Positions 10,643 through 20,278 are shown, counted from the first letter of the stretch. The stretch is 64,000 nucleotides of DNA from Cellvibrionales bacterium UBA1854 (GCA_002338445.1 DDII01000042.1:5023-69022); one strand, 5' to 3'. Notes: generated by a model from the sequence alone, not told the origin. Numbers and translations are program-made.

Positions 10643-11053
10643 ATGGAAACTAGCGATAAAGAGCTAAAGAAAGCAGGACTTAAAGTTACTTTGCCTAGAG
10701 TAAAGATCCTTCATATCCTTGAGCAATCAGAGCTTCATATGACTGCGGAGGATATATATTTGAGGCTTATTGATGCTGAAGAGGATGTCGGAATCGCTAC
10801 TGTATACAGAGTCCTAGCTCAATTTGAGAGTGCTCATTTAGTGAATAGGCATAATTTTGACAATGGGCCGGCTGTCTACGAATTGAATAGAGGTGAACAT
10901 CACGATCACATGGTGTGCTCGGAAACGGGGACAGTGATAGAATTTCATGATCCTGAGATAGAGGAAATACAGAGAAAAATCGCCGCAAGGCATGGATACG
11001 AATTAGTTGACCACAATTTGGTATTATACGTTAGGAAACAAAAAACACCCTGA
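10643..11053 (+). CDS. fur: Ferric uptake regulator
   Basis: Colinear with E. coli Fur (LKKAGLKVTLPRVKIL, ATVYRVL, HHDHMVC). ATG at 10643 lies inside a TTG-initiated ORF starting at 10625. Confidence 0.95.
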   Translation: METSDKELKKAGLKVTLPRVKILHILEQSELHMTAEDIYLRLIDAEEDVGIATVYRVLAQFESAHLVNRHNFDNGPAVYELNRGEHHDHMVCSETGTVIEFHDPEIEEIQRKIAARHGYELVDHNLVLYVRKQKTP

Positions 11054-11174
11054 ATAATCTCTCTGGAGATGTTGGTTTCAAACAAATTGACTTTACTGCA
11101 CAAATTGTAGTTCATCAACCCAAATCCAAACGAGTGTCATCGACTTAAAGACAAACGTTTATCTAACAAAAATG

Positions 11175-11963
11175 TCATTCCACAAAGTGCTCTGAAGTTG
11201 GAAATGTTGAGTTTCGGACAGCCGATGCATAATTTTTTAATGCGGATATAATTGAGTTATTATCGAGCAAAAAATTTCTAGCAAACCTTGGTATTTGGCC
11301 CGAAATTCCAAGGATGTCATAGAGAACAAGTATTTGTGCGTCAGTGCAGGGCCCAGCACCGATACCAATCACAGGGATTTGTAGTTTTTTTGTGATTAAT
11401 TTACTCAGGCTTGAAGGTATACACTCCACGACTAACAGCTGCGCCCCGGCCTGTTCCAGAGTCATGGCATCACTAAAAATTTTGTCAGCGGCTTTTGAAT
11501 CAGCCCCTTGGATTGCATATCCTCCAAGTTTGTGGACTGATTGGGGTGTTAGCCCTAAGTGACCGCACACTGGAATACCACGCTCAGACATTTGATAAAC
11601 CGTTTCGGATAACCAATGTCCGCCTTCAAGCTTTACCATTTTTGCCCCATTTTGCATTAGTTTACTAGAATTTTTCAAAGCATTCTGGGTAGTACCGTAG
11701 GACAAAAATGGCATGTCAGCTATGACAAAAGTTTCCTTTACTCCTCGGGATACGGAGGCGGTGTGATAGACCATGTCACCGATCGATACAGGAATTGTTG
11801 TTTGGTGTCCTTGGCATACATTGCCCAGCGAATCCCCAATTAGTATGATTTCGATACCCGCGCTTTCAATGATTTTAGCGAAACTATAATCATAAGCTGT
11901 AAGCGCGGTAAATTTTTCTCCCCGAGTTTTCATTTTATTTAAATCGGTGATTGTAACCATCAA
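11175..11963 (-). CDS. panB: 3-methyl-2-oxobutanoate hydroxymethyltransferase
   Basis: 262 aa. PanB hallmarks LTAYDY, GDSLGNV, VKLEGG and GHLGLTPQS. Confidence 0.93.
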   Translation of the reverse strand: MMVTITDLNKMKTRGEKFTALTAYDYSFAKIIESAGIEIILIGDSLGNVCQGHQTTIPVSIGDMVYHTASVSRGVKETFVIADMPFLSYGTTQNALKNSSKLMQNGAKMVKLEGGHWLSETVYQMSERGIPVCGHLGLTPQSVHKLGGYAIQGADSKAADKIFSDAMTLEQAGAQLLVVECIPSSLSKLITKKLQIPVIGIGAGPCTDAQILVLYDILGISGQIPRFARNFLLDNNSIISALKNYASAVRNSTFPTSEHFVE

Positions 11964-12050
11964 TAAAAACCTAGCTTTCAGTTGTATTGTTTCAAATCAA
12001 TTAGTTTATATTAAAATCACTACGCGAGTAAAAATCACACCATCAAAATT

Positions 12051-12737
12051 TCAATCAAGTGGTATAGGATTGAAGTAATGCCGACCTTTTTTTACTTTAC
12101 TAATTTGTTGAGCAAGATAAAGAAAATCAGATTTGTTCTCAGAAAAATTTACTTGATTGGTATTCACTATCAGCAGCGGTGTTTCAGAATAATGATGAAA
12201 ATATTGAGTGTAAGCATCATTGATCTCCGCTAAATATTCAAATTCGATTTCTTTTTCAATAACTCTCCCACGCTTTTTTACCCTATCAAAAAGTGTTTTT
12301 GTCGATGCTTGCAAATAAACTACTAAATCGGGTTTTGGTAACTCTCTGATAACATTGGTAAAAACTTTCTGGTAGAGTCGATACTCATCATTATTTAAAT
12401 TTACCCCGGCAAATAATGGATCTTTTTGGATAAAAAAATCGCTAATAAATATTTTTTTAAAAATGTCTACTTGACGCATTTCTTGAAGCTGTTGAATTCG
12501 TTGGAAAAGAAAGTAGAGTTGCGTTGGTAATGCTGCACTCAACCTATCTTTGTAAAAGTTTTCAAGAAACGGATTTACACTCGCATCTTCTAACAAAGTT
12601 TCAGCACCAAAGTTTTGAGCTAGTTCTAAAGTTAATGTGGTTTTGCCGATACCTATGGGACCCTCGATTACAATATAGTTCGGGAGAGAACTCTTTGAAG
12701 AGTTAATTTGCTTTAACTGTTCGATATGGGTTTTCAA
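12051..12737 (-). CDS. Deoxynucleoside kinase family protein
   Basis: P-loop IEGPIGIGKTTL followed by the dNK-typical NPFLENFY motif. Length of about 228 aa fits the family. Overlaps the folK stop by 4 nt. Confidence 0.7.
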   Translation of the reverse strand: MKTHIEQLKQINSSKSSLPNYIVIEGPIGIGKTTLTLELAQNFGAETLLEDASVNPFLENFYKDRLSAALPTQLYFLFQRIQQLQEMRQVDIFKKIFISDFFIQKDPLFAGVNLNNDEYRLYQKVFTNVIRELPKPDLVVYLQASTKTLFDRVKKRGRVIEKEIEFEYLAEINDAYTQYFHHYSETPLLIVNTNQVNFSENKSDFLYLAQQISKVKKGRHYFNPIPLD

Positions 12738-13246
12738 AAAGATCTCCGAGCTTTTAAGTCATAACGACGAATAAGTTTTACTTTACTCTTGTCTCGACAT
12801 TTGTCCAATAGTTGGGAGATAGATTCATTGCGTAAAACAAAATTTTCTGTTAGCAAATCACTCAGTGGTTTTAGCACGAAAGCGCGTTTGTGCATTCTTG
12901 GATGCGGAAGTAGTAATTGTCGACATGTTGAAGATAATTGGTCATACATTAATATATCAAGATCTATTGTCCTTGCAGCCCATTTCCTTTCCCGCTGCCG
13001 CCCCTGATTTTCCTCTACTTTTTGTAATACTTTGAGGAGTTTTTCAGAAGAGAGAAGTGTGGATATTTGCGCGACTGCATTACAGTATGATGGTTGTACG
13101 CCAGGCCCGATGGCTGGACTACTGTAAAATGCGGATACCTTTTCAAGTTTTATTAAATAATGCTTGTCAATCGCACATAATGCCTTTTCGACTTGCGACA
13201 CTGGCTTACAGAGGTTACTGCCAAGAGCAATAAAAGCTGTTGACAT
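12734..13246 (-). CDS. folK: 2-amino-4-hydroxy-6-hydroxymethyldihydropteridine pyrophosphokinase
   Basis: 170 aa. Motifs IALGSNL, RTIDLDIL and LPHPRMHKRAFVL. Sits in the pcnB-folK arrangement. Confidence 0.92.
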   Translation of the reverse strand: MSTAFIALGSNLCKPVSQVEKALCAIDKHYLIKLEKVSAFYSSPAIGPGVQPSYCNAVAQISTLLSSEKLLKVLQKVEENQGRQRERKWAARTIDLDILMYDQLSSTCRQLLLPHPRMHKRAFVLKPLSDLLTENFVLRNESISQLLDKCRDKSKVKLIRRYDLKARRSF

Positions 13247-14589
13247 TAAGAGCCATCCTTAAATTTTGGGAGAAAGTACCTCCGTCGCCTCGATATGTTA
13301 GGTGAAATTGCTTTTGGGGTCTTGCAATTGTTCAGCCGATTCTGTGGATATTGTTCCTGATATTTTGTCCACCATATTCCTGCGCCACCAAGAGACTCAC
13401 CAGATTCCTCGCGTAAAAGCAACAAATCATAAGCAGCTCTGAATCGTGGGTGACCCATTAAACGCGCTGCTCGTTCTTTTTTTTGTAGGGGGCCTTGTAA
13501 TTGCCAGATCTCTTTCATGGCAGTTGTGTAGCGCCTAGGAATCGCAATAATTTGTATTTGTTTTGAGATCACGCCATCAGCTGCAAGCATTTTTAAGATT
13601 TGGACAGTCTTTCCGTTTCGCATATGTTTGAGTGATTCTTTTTGCACCGCGGGCCACAATAAGGCAGCGAAAGTAAATGCTGGTGTGACGGGTTTACCAG
13701 CGTGAACTCTTTGATCTGTGTTGGTTAATAATTTTGAAACCAACCGTTTGGCGCGATCTGCTTCGACTTTGCTCTCTGCAAAAAAGGGCATTAAGTAGGA
13801 CATAAAATTATATTTGACTAAGAGCTTATAGTTCGCATAAGCATGACCACCTAAAAAAAGTTTTAAGCATTCCTCGAACAGACGGGGGGCAGGGATTTGT
13901 TGTAGTGTGTTGGCTAGCCTGTGCATAGGTTCAGCGGTTTTTTTATCTATTTTAAAGTTCAATTTTGTGGAAAATCTCACTACTCTGAGAAGTCGAACTG
14001 GATCCTCCTTAAATCGAACGGTTGGGTCTCCGACTATCCTTATGATATTTTTTTTAATATCGGTAAGACTGTCAAGGAAATCGTGGATACTATTATCAGA
14101 AGGATTATAATAAAGGGCATTAATTGATAGATCTCGACGGTTCGCGTCATCTTTGATACTCCCAAAAACATTGTCTCGGGTCAGCATTCCGGTTTTAGTT
14201 TGGTGACGCAAATGGTCAGAACGGTGGTGTTTTTGATTTGATCTAAACGTAGTAACTTCAATGATTTCTCTGTTAAGTTGAACATGCACTATTTGGAATC
14301 GACGACCAATGATTTTAGCTCGATTAAATAATAGTTTTATTTCTTTTGGATTTGCATTAGTGGCAATATCAAAATCTTTTGGATTTAAACCCAGGAGAGC
14401 ATCGCGGACGCACCCTCCCACGAGGAAGGCATCAAAACCTGATTTTTGCAATTTGGTGACAATTTCACATGACCCTGAACTCATGTGCATCGGCGAAAGT
14501 GGGTGATTACCGTCAGGAATGATCACTCCTATGGCGTTTTTCTTTAAAAGATTTCTGGGTTTAGGTTTTTTTTTGACGCTGTAAAGCAT
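13246..14589 (-). CDS. pcnB: Poly(A) polymerase I
   Basis: 447 aa. Nucleotidyltransferase motif FLVGGCVRDALLG..PKDFD and RRDLSINALYY. Sits in the gluQ-pcnB-folK order. Confidence 0.92.
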   Translation of the reverse strand: MLYSVKKKPKPRNLLKKNAIGVIIPDGNHPLSPMHMSSGSCEIVTKLQKSGFDAFLVGGCVRDALLGLNPKDFDIATNANPKEIKLLFNRAKIIGRRFQIVHVQLNREIIEVTTFRSNQKHHRSDHLRHQTKTGMLTRDNVFGSIKDDANRRDLSINALYYNPSDNSIHDFLDSLTDIKKNIIRIVGDPTVRFKEDPVRLLRVVRFSTKLNFKIDKKTAEPMHRLANTLQQIPAPRLFEECLKLFLGGHAYANYKLLVKYNFMSYLMPFFAESKVEADRAKRLVSKLLTNTDQRVHAGKPVTPAFTFAALLWPAVQKESLKHMRNGKTVQILKMLAADGVISKQIQIIAIPRRYTTAMKEIWQLQGPLQKKERAARLMGHPRFRAAYDLLLLREESGESLGGAGIWWTKYQEQYPQNRLNNCKTPKAISPNISRRRRYFLPKFKDGS

Positions 14590-14601
14590 AACTACATTTA
14601 A

Positions 14602-14740
14602 CTTTCAGTAGGTAATGAGGATGTGAACAGCGCCAGGAGGCATTTTTTGCTTCACTCAGCCGATACGTAATGAGGGGCTAAAAAATAGCCCCTCCCAAAG
14701 GTCGAAGACTAGTCTTTCAGTCTGAGACCACTCTTTCAGT
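14602..14740 (-). repeat. Three copies of the octamer ACTGAAAG (minus-strand reading) in the pcnB upstream region
   Basis: Plus-strand CTTTCAGT occurs at 14602-14609, 14714-14721 and 14733-14740. Confidence 0.3.
14672..14694 (-). other. GC-rich stem-loop (9-bp perfect stem, 5-nt A/T loop) in the gluQ-pcnB spacer
   Basis: GAGGGGCTA-AAAAA-TAGCCCCTC. No flanking U-tract on either strand, so it is not a canonical intrinsic terminator. Confidence 0.35.
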
Positions 14741-14937
14741 ATCAAAAGTTTTTTATAGTTATTTATTGTTATTTTAGCGTCTACTTTTACTAGAAAAATA
14801 TCCACGTAATAGATTTTAACAGAAGATCAACCGATTACAATAACTATCTTTATGGTTCGACAAGATTTGAGAATTGAATTTCTATTTTTATAGTATTAGA
14901 CCATATTAAATTCCAATTAGTCTTCGCCACTCCCTCT

Positions 14938-15849
14938 TCAGAATGCACTTCGAGAACTAATGTCATTTATAACACATTGGTTTTGTGTGGGAACTAATGA
15001 AATATCCCATTTCCATACTGCCCAAGAAAGTATCTGATCTAAAGGAGCACCGAAAAGATAGCTAGGTGGTTTCTGATGGAGTATATTGAGCGCATGCCAT
15101 ATTGTTTTATTGGCATCTTTATTTCGCAGGGCAGGTGCTTTTCTTTGCTTGCTGAGTTTTTGGTTATCGAGATTAACCACGAGGGGTAGATGAGCATACC
15201 GGAGGCTTCGGTAATTTAAACATTTTTGTAGGTATCTTTGCCTTGGCGTGACTGGAAGAAGGTCACTGCCGCGAACGACATGGGTAATTTGTTGCTTCTC
15301 GTCGTCAACAACTGAAGCTAGCTGGTATGAAAAAAAACCGTCTCGCCTCTTTAAAATAAAGTCCCCGACACACCTATAAACATCTTGATAATAATCGCCG
15401 AAGACTTCATCGTTTATGAAAATTTTCGTTTCCTCGGTTTTGGCAACAAGCAAACGAGTGGAGACATCCCCTCGAAACTTTATCTTATTTCTGCATTGTC
15501 CATCATATACTCCACCTAATTCTTTGACTCTTTTACGATTACAGTCACAGTCAAATGCGAGGTTGTTTTGTTTTAAGTCCTCTATAATATCTTGATAATG
15601 CGGCAGACGATTACTTTGATATAAGATTTCACCATCCCAATGTAAACCATGAATATCAAGCTGATCTTGTATTGTTGACGCGTGTCTGATACTTTCTCGC
15701 AGCGGGTCTAAATCTTCTATTCGTAACAACCAAGTACCATTACATTTTTTTGCGTCAAGATAACTAGCCAGTGCACAAACTAAAGAGCCGAAATGCAAAG
15801 GTCCAGTGGGAGATGGGGCAAAACGTCCGATGTATTGTGGGAGAGACAT
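14938..15849 (-). CDS. gluQ: Glutamyl-Q tRNA(Asp) synthetase
   Basis: 303 aa. Truncated GluRS-like protein with GRFAPSPTGPLHFGSL (HIGH region) and the dksA-gluQ context. Confidence 0.9.
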   Translation of the reverse strand: MSLPQYIGRFAPSPTGPLHFGSLVCALASYLDAKKCNGTWLLRIEDLDPLRESIRHASTIQDQLDIHGLHWDGEILYQSNRLPHYQDIIEDLKQNNLAFDCDCNRKRVKELGGVYDGQCRNKIKFRGDVSTRLLVAKTEETKIFINDEVFGDYYQDVYRCVGDFILKRRDGFFSYQLASVVDDEKQQITHVVRGSDLLPVTPRQRYLQKCLNYRSLRYAHLPLVVNLDNQKLSKQRKAPALRNKDANKTIWHALNILHQKPPSYLFGAPLDQILSWAVWKWDISLVPTQNQCVINDISSRSAF

Positions 15850-15867
15850 TCGATTAGGTCTATCAAA

Positions 15868-16365
15868 TTAACCACCAGTAATCTGTTTTTCTTTAATCTC
15901 ATCAAGTGTCTTACAGTCGACGCATAAGTTTGCCGTTGGTCTTGCCTCAAGTCGCCTTACACCGATATCGACTCCGCATTGGTCACAAAAGCCATAATCG
16001 TTGTCGTCCACTCTGACTAGAGTCTTATCAATTTTTTTAATTAGCTTCCGCTCACGATCCCGCGTTCTCAGTTCTATACTAAACTCCTCTTCTTGAGAGG
16101 CTCGGTCTGCTGGGTCTGGAAAATTTGCAGCCTCATCTTGCATGTGGTTGACCGTTCGATCCACCTCCTCCATAAGTTCTTGACGCCAAGCCTTCAGAAT
16201 TGCGCGAAAGTGATTTCGTTGAGATTCACTCATGTATTCTTCACCGATTTTTTCCTCGTATCGGGGTAATCCATGAATTGTTAAGACTGTAGTCTTTTTA
16301 TTATTTGTATTAACTGCATTGTTTTGTGTTGTCTCTGACTCATTCGACTGCCCTGATAGTGCCAT
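15868..16365 (-). CDS. dksA: RNA polymerase-binding transcription factor DksA
   Basis: C-terminal C4 zinc finger (CDQCGVDIG...CVDCK), coiled-coil region and DPADRASQEEE tip motif. Confidence 0.93.
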   Translation of the reverse strand: MALSGQSNESETTQNNAVNTNNKKTTVLTIHGLPRYEEKIGEEYMSESQRNHFRAILKAWRQELMEEVDRTVNHMQDEAANFPDPADRASQEEEFSIELRTRDRERKLIKKIDKTLVRVDDNDYGFCDQCGVDIGVRRLEARPTANLCVDCKTLDEIKEKQITGG

Positions 16366-16543
16366 TGCTTAACCCATCCTTGTGTGTTAACACTTAAATC
16401 TACGCCAGCGTTATAGATTGCTTAGCCACAATTTTCAAGAAGAATTTTTAAAACATAGAAATTTCCTGTGTCTTCCTTTATCTTTCCATAATTGATACCT
16501 ATTTCTTGTCATGCCAGCTTAATTGGGAGCAACTTTCTATAAA

Positions 16544-17281
16544 ATGCTCGAAAACAAAAATGGAGGTTTCAAATTTTTGCGATATAAGACTCCATTACAA
16601 CAAGGTGTGTTTCTGAGACGCTATAAACGTTTTTTTGCTGAGGTCGAAACCCTGGATAAGGATGTTTTGACTCTGCACTGTCCAAACACGGGTGCAATGA
16701 GAAATTGTATGGTCGAAGGATCGGATTGTTGGTACTCTTTATCAGATAATCCGCGCCGCAAACTTTCGGGAACACTTGAGCAGGTCACCACTTCTTCAGG
16801 AAACTTGGCTGGTATTAACTCGGCATTGGCAAACACCATAGTTTTTGAAGCATTGCAAGATGAACGAATTGAACAGTTGACTAACTATAGAACAATTGCG
16901 CGGGAGGTAAAATTTGGTGTAGAAAATAGTAAAGTCGATTTTTTATTAAAAGGGAAAAACCAAAATTGTTTTGTTGAGGTGAAAAGTGTTTCGTTCGATA
17001 TGGGTAATCACTTCGCCCTTTTCCCTGATGCTCGGACTTCAAGGGGAAAAAAGCATCTAAGGGAGCTTGCACATGTCGCCGCCTCGGGACACCGAGCTGT
17101 ACTCTTTTTTTGTGTGCAAATAAGTTCTGTAACTTCTCTAGGCTTAGCGAAACAAATAGATCCCGATTATGTGACGGCTCTGAAGGCTGCGATAAAAGAT
17201 GGAGTTGAAATTTTAGCTATGAGATGTAGTTTGACGAGATATGGCATTACTTTGACACGGGCAGTCGATTTATTAATCTAA
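16544..17281 (+). CDS. sfsA: Sugar fermentation stimulation protein SfsA
   Basis: Colinear with E. coli SfsA (RYKRFFAEV, LHCPNTGAM, EVKSV, RGKKHLRELA). ATG at 16544 lies inside a longer TTG ORF. Confidence 0.9.
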   Translation: MLENKNGGFKFLRYKTPLQQGVFLRRYKRFFAEVETLDKDVLTLHCPNTGAMRNCMVEGSDCWYSLSDNPRRKLSGTLEQVTTSSGNLAGINSALANTIVFEALQDERIEQLTNYRTIAREVKFGVENSKVDFLLKGKNQNCFVEVKSVSFDMGNHFALFPDARTSRGKKHLRELAHVAASGHRAVLFFCVQISSVTSLGLAKQIDPDYVTALKAAIKDGVEILAMRCSLTRYGITLTRAVDLLI

Positions 17282-17379
17282 AAGCACGCACGTGGATGAG
17301 ATTAACGGTTTGGCAAGTAACAACAGATTACATCATATGTGCTGGAGCTCTTGTTTGGTGAAATTTTGGAAAATTGATA

Positions 17380-18114
17380 ATGATTGAATTTGAAATAAAC
17401 CATAAGAATCTGGAGATCGATGATAGTGATATTGTAACGGGTATGACGGATCGACATGTTGTGGAGTGGACGGCATATGAATCGCCCGGAGTGTGCAAAA
17501 ACATTTTCATTCATCATCAATTAGTCAACCCTTTGAATGAGTTGAAATCGGAAGCAGCGAAGGAAGGATTTAATTTGTGTGTTTGCAGTGGGTATCGATC
17601 ATTTTCCCAGCAAGCCTCAATATGGAATGGAAAGCTATCGGGTCAAAGAGATGTTTTGAGTAGTGACGGTAAAGTTTTGAGTCTTGAAGGACTGTCTGAT
17701 TTTCAGAAAATTGAAGCAATTTTAAGGTGGTCTGCTCTCCCGGGAGCATCTCGACATCATTGGGGTTCGGACATTGATGTTTTTGATGGTGCTGCTATGC
17801 CAAATAACTACCAATTAAGATTGGTTCCCGAAGAAACAATTGAAGGTGGTATGTTTGCGCCTATGCATTCTTGGTTGGACAAAAAATTGGATTCTGACAA
17901 TGGATTCTTTAGACCATATAACATTGACAATGGGGGATTAGCGCCGGAAAGATGGCATCTAAGCTATGCTCCGATAGCCAGGAATTTTGCTAACTTATTG
18001 ACGCCAGACCTAATAAAAAAGTGCTTGATGACTCATAAGATTAGCCTTCACGCGACTGTTATTAAAAATTTATATGAGATTTATCGACGCTACATCTTTG
18101 TTGATATTAGCTAA
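17380..18114 (+). CDS. Peptidase M15 (VanY/D-Ala-D-Ala carboxypeptidase-like) family protein
   Basis: SGYRSF..Q, SxHxxGxxxD-type zinc motif (SRHHWGSDIDV) and ExxH (ERWHLSY). Confidence 0.7.
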   Translation: MIEFEINHKNLEIDDSDIVTGMTDRHVVEWTAYESPGVCKNIFIHHQLVNPLNELKSEAAKEGFNLCVCSGYRSFSQQASIWNGKLSGQRDVLSSDGKVLSLEGLSDFQKIEAILRWSALPGASRHHWGSDIDVFDGAAMPNNYQLRLVPEETIEGGMFAPMHSWLDKKLDSDNGFFRPYNIDNGGLAPERWHLSYAPIARNFANLLTPDLIKKCLMTHKISLHATVIKNLYEIYRRYIFVDIS

Positions 18115-18130
18115 TTTTGGGAGGTAAGAT

Positions 18131-18922
18131 TTGATTGATGCCAAAGACTTGTGGAAGACAATGCTTGAAGAAGCAAGGATGATGCAAACGCTAGAACCCT
18201 CACTTCGGGACTTTCTGGAAGCGCGAATACTTAAGAAACCAAATTTTGCGGATGCTTTGGCAAAAAATTTAAGTTCACATTTTTTTAAAATAACTGAGTA
18301 TGACATTAATTTTGAAAATATATTTTCAGAGTTGTTGGATTTCGACAATAAGATTGTGCAATGCGCATGTCGGGACTTGCAAGCATATCTAGATCGCGAC
18401 CCAGCATGTGATCATTACGTGACTCCACTTCTTTTTTACAAGGGATTTCAAGCTCTACAACTATACCGAATCTGTCATAGCTTGTGGATTCGAGATCAAC
18501 GTTATCTAGCTAGGTATTTACAAAGTAAGATGTCAGAGTATTACGGGGTAGATATTCATCCCGGAGCAATTATTGGTGGTGGTGTTATGCTCGATCATGC
18601 AACTTCTCTCGTAATCGGAGAAACTGCGGTTGTCGGTGATGATGTGTCAATTCTTCACTCAGTAACACTGGGAGGAAGTGGGTTGCAATCGGGTGATCGA
18701 CATCCAAAAATTGCTAATGGTGTTCTTATTGCAGCAGGTGCTAAAGTGTTGGGGGATATCGCCGTGGGAGAGGGGGTGAAAATCGGTGCTGGAAGCTTAG
18801 TATTAGAGTCAGTACCGGCATATGTGACCGTTGCTGGGGTGCCAGCAAAGATAATTGGAGGTACTACCTCCGGAATGCCTGCTTTAAACATGGATCAGCA
18901 AATAAATGATGAAGGAAATTGA
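18131..18922 (+). CDS. cysE: Serine O-acetyltransferase (copy 1)
   Basis: N-terminal SATase helical domain (RDPA..., LLFYKGFQALQLYRICHSLW) plus hexapeptide repeats (VDIHPGAIIGGGVMLDHATSLVIGETAVVGDDVSILHSVTLGG...DRHPKI). TTG start. Confidence 0.9.
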   Translation: MIDAKDLWKTMLEEARMMQTLEPSLRDFLEARILKKPNFADALAKNLSSHFFKITEYDINFENIFSELLDFDNKIVQCACRDLQAYLDRDPACDHYVTPLLFYKGFQALQLYRICHSLWIRDQRYLARYLQSKMSEYYGVDIHPGAIIGGGVMLDHATSLVIGETAVVGDDVSILHSVTLGGSGLQSGDRHPKIANGVLIAAGAKVLGDIAVGEGVKIGAGSLVLESVPAYVTVAGVPAKIIGGTTSGMPALNMDQQINDEGN

Positions 18923-18969
18923 CAATTTTGAGTTAAGTTACCGATCATCTATTTGTCAAGGTAAGTGCG

Positions 18970-20181
18970 CTATACTATTTTGGTCAAGCACACATCTGCT
19001 AAATACTGAATCTGTTTATCCATGAGATCCTGACGATTAGGAGTAAAAGCCTTAAAAGTAAAAAAATTGTCATCGCTTTGAGATAGCACAGCGATAGTTG
19101 ATAGCTCGTCGCAGGAAAAACCGTCAGTGAAAATCGAGATTGCTCCTGGCTCCAGCTTACAAGACAATCGAGCACAAAATTTCTTGAGATCATTTACTTG
19201 CTCTTGGTATTGGAAGAGGGGTGTTGTGACGACTGTGTTACCGGCTGCAGTAAAACCAACTTTTAGCTCAATGCCCATTTGGCTAGCAAGGTTGCTTAGA
19301 AGTCGTTTCATGGCATACATGCACATCATGCTCGCTAAAAGGTGCTTTTTAGAGCACTCAGCGGATTGTATTTCGAAGTAAAGCACGCCCTCCTCGCCCT
19401 CTAAACGCCTTGCCCCATACAACGCTGTTGTGTGCGTTATACAAAGGTCTAATTTCTCAAAAAGTAACTCTTGATTTTCCCTGTTAAGTTGGTTTGCAAT
19501 ACATTTTCGATTAAAGAGCGTAACTCTCACGATAGAGCAATATCTCGTTCTTTTTCCGTGACCCTCAAGATCATCGGATGGAGTTATCAGAGTTTCAATT
19601 TGTTGCTCAAGAATTTTTAATTCATCACCACGCAATGCCTTTTTGTTTGGTAAACGGTTGCTTAAATGGGTTATTCGACTGGATATTTTTTTGGTGAATT
19701 TAAAGCACGTGATTGCTATTGTGACGGTAAATATTGTCCAAAATGATAAGCATGCGATTATCACCCAGCGATAAGGTAATAAGGCGCTCTCTTTATCCAA
19801 AGATAATTCAATAAATCCTGACGGATTTATTTTTGATTTGACGGGTACTCTTAAAATTTGCAACTGAGATGGGATGTTACCGCCCCGTTGGCTGTGGACT
19901 CTCATGTCATTTGTACGATTATATAAACTTGCACTATAAATTAGGGGATCCTTTGTGATTTGATTAAGTGAAACCTGTATACTGATATTATCGTTATTAT
20001 CCATTGCAGTGGAAAGTCGCTCTGGCAGATTTTTGAGTAGTAAATTTCCTTTTGACGTGAGTATTTCATCTGCGTGTTGATGGGAAAGGTGCGATACGAA
20101 ACTTAAGTTGGTTAATCCGAAAATAAGATATGTCAATACCACGAAGGCGGTAGTTTTCCTCGTCAAAGTGTTGAGGCGCAT
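18970..20181 (-). CDS. Two-TM membrane protein: Smp/YtjB(AhpA)-like N-terminal half plus an uncharacterised cytoplasmic C-terminal domain
   Basis: TM1 TAFVVLTYLIFGLTNLSFV, a periplasmic segment of about 110 aa, then TM2 WVIIACLSFWTIFTVTIAITCF. Divergent from serB, like E. coli smp (ytjB). An additional C-terminal region of about 220 aa is not present in E. coli YtjB. Confidence 0.5.
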   Translation of the reverse strand: MRLNTLTRKTTAFVVLTYLIFGLTNLSFVSHLSHQHADEILTSKGNLLLKNLPERLSTAMDNNDNISIQVSLNQITKDPLIYSASLYNRTNDMRVHSQRGGNIPSQLQILRVPVKSKINPSGFIELSLDKESALLPYRWVIIACLSFWTIFTVTIAITCFKFTKKISSRITHLSNRLPNKKALRGDELKILEQQIETLITPSDDLEGHGKRTRYCSIVRVTLFNRKCIANQLNRENQELLFEKLDLCITHTTALYGARRLEGEEGVLYFEIQSAECSKKHLLASMMCMYAMKRLLSNLASQMGIELKVGFTAAGNTVVTTPLFQYQEQVNDLKKFCARLSCKLEPGAISIFTDGFSCDELSTIAVLSQSDDNFFTFKAFTPNRQDLMDKQIQYLADVCLTKIV

Positions 20182-20278
20182 TTGTTATTTTTATCCGGAA
20201 TAAAATCTTAATCGATATTCTATCCTATTATTGACGCGTTTATATAACACTCTTAAAAATTTCAGGGACCAGATTCAA

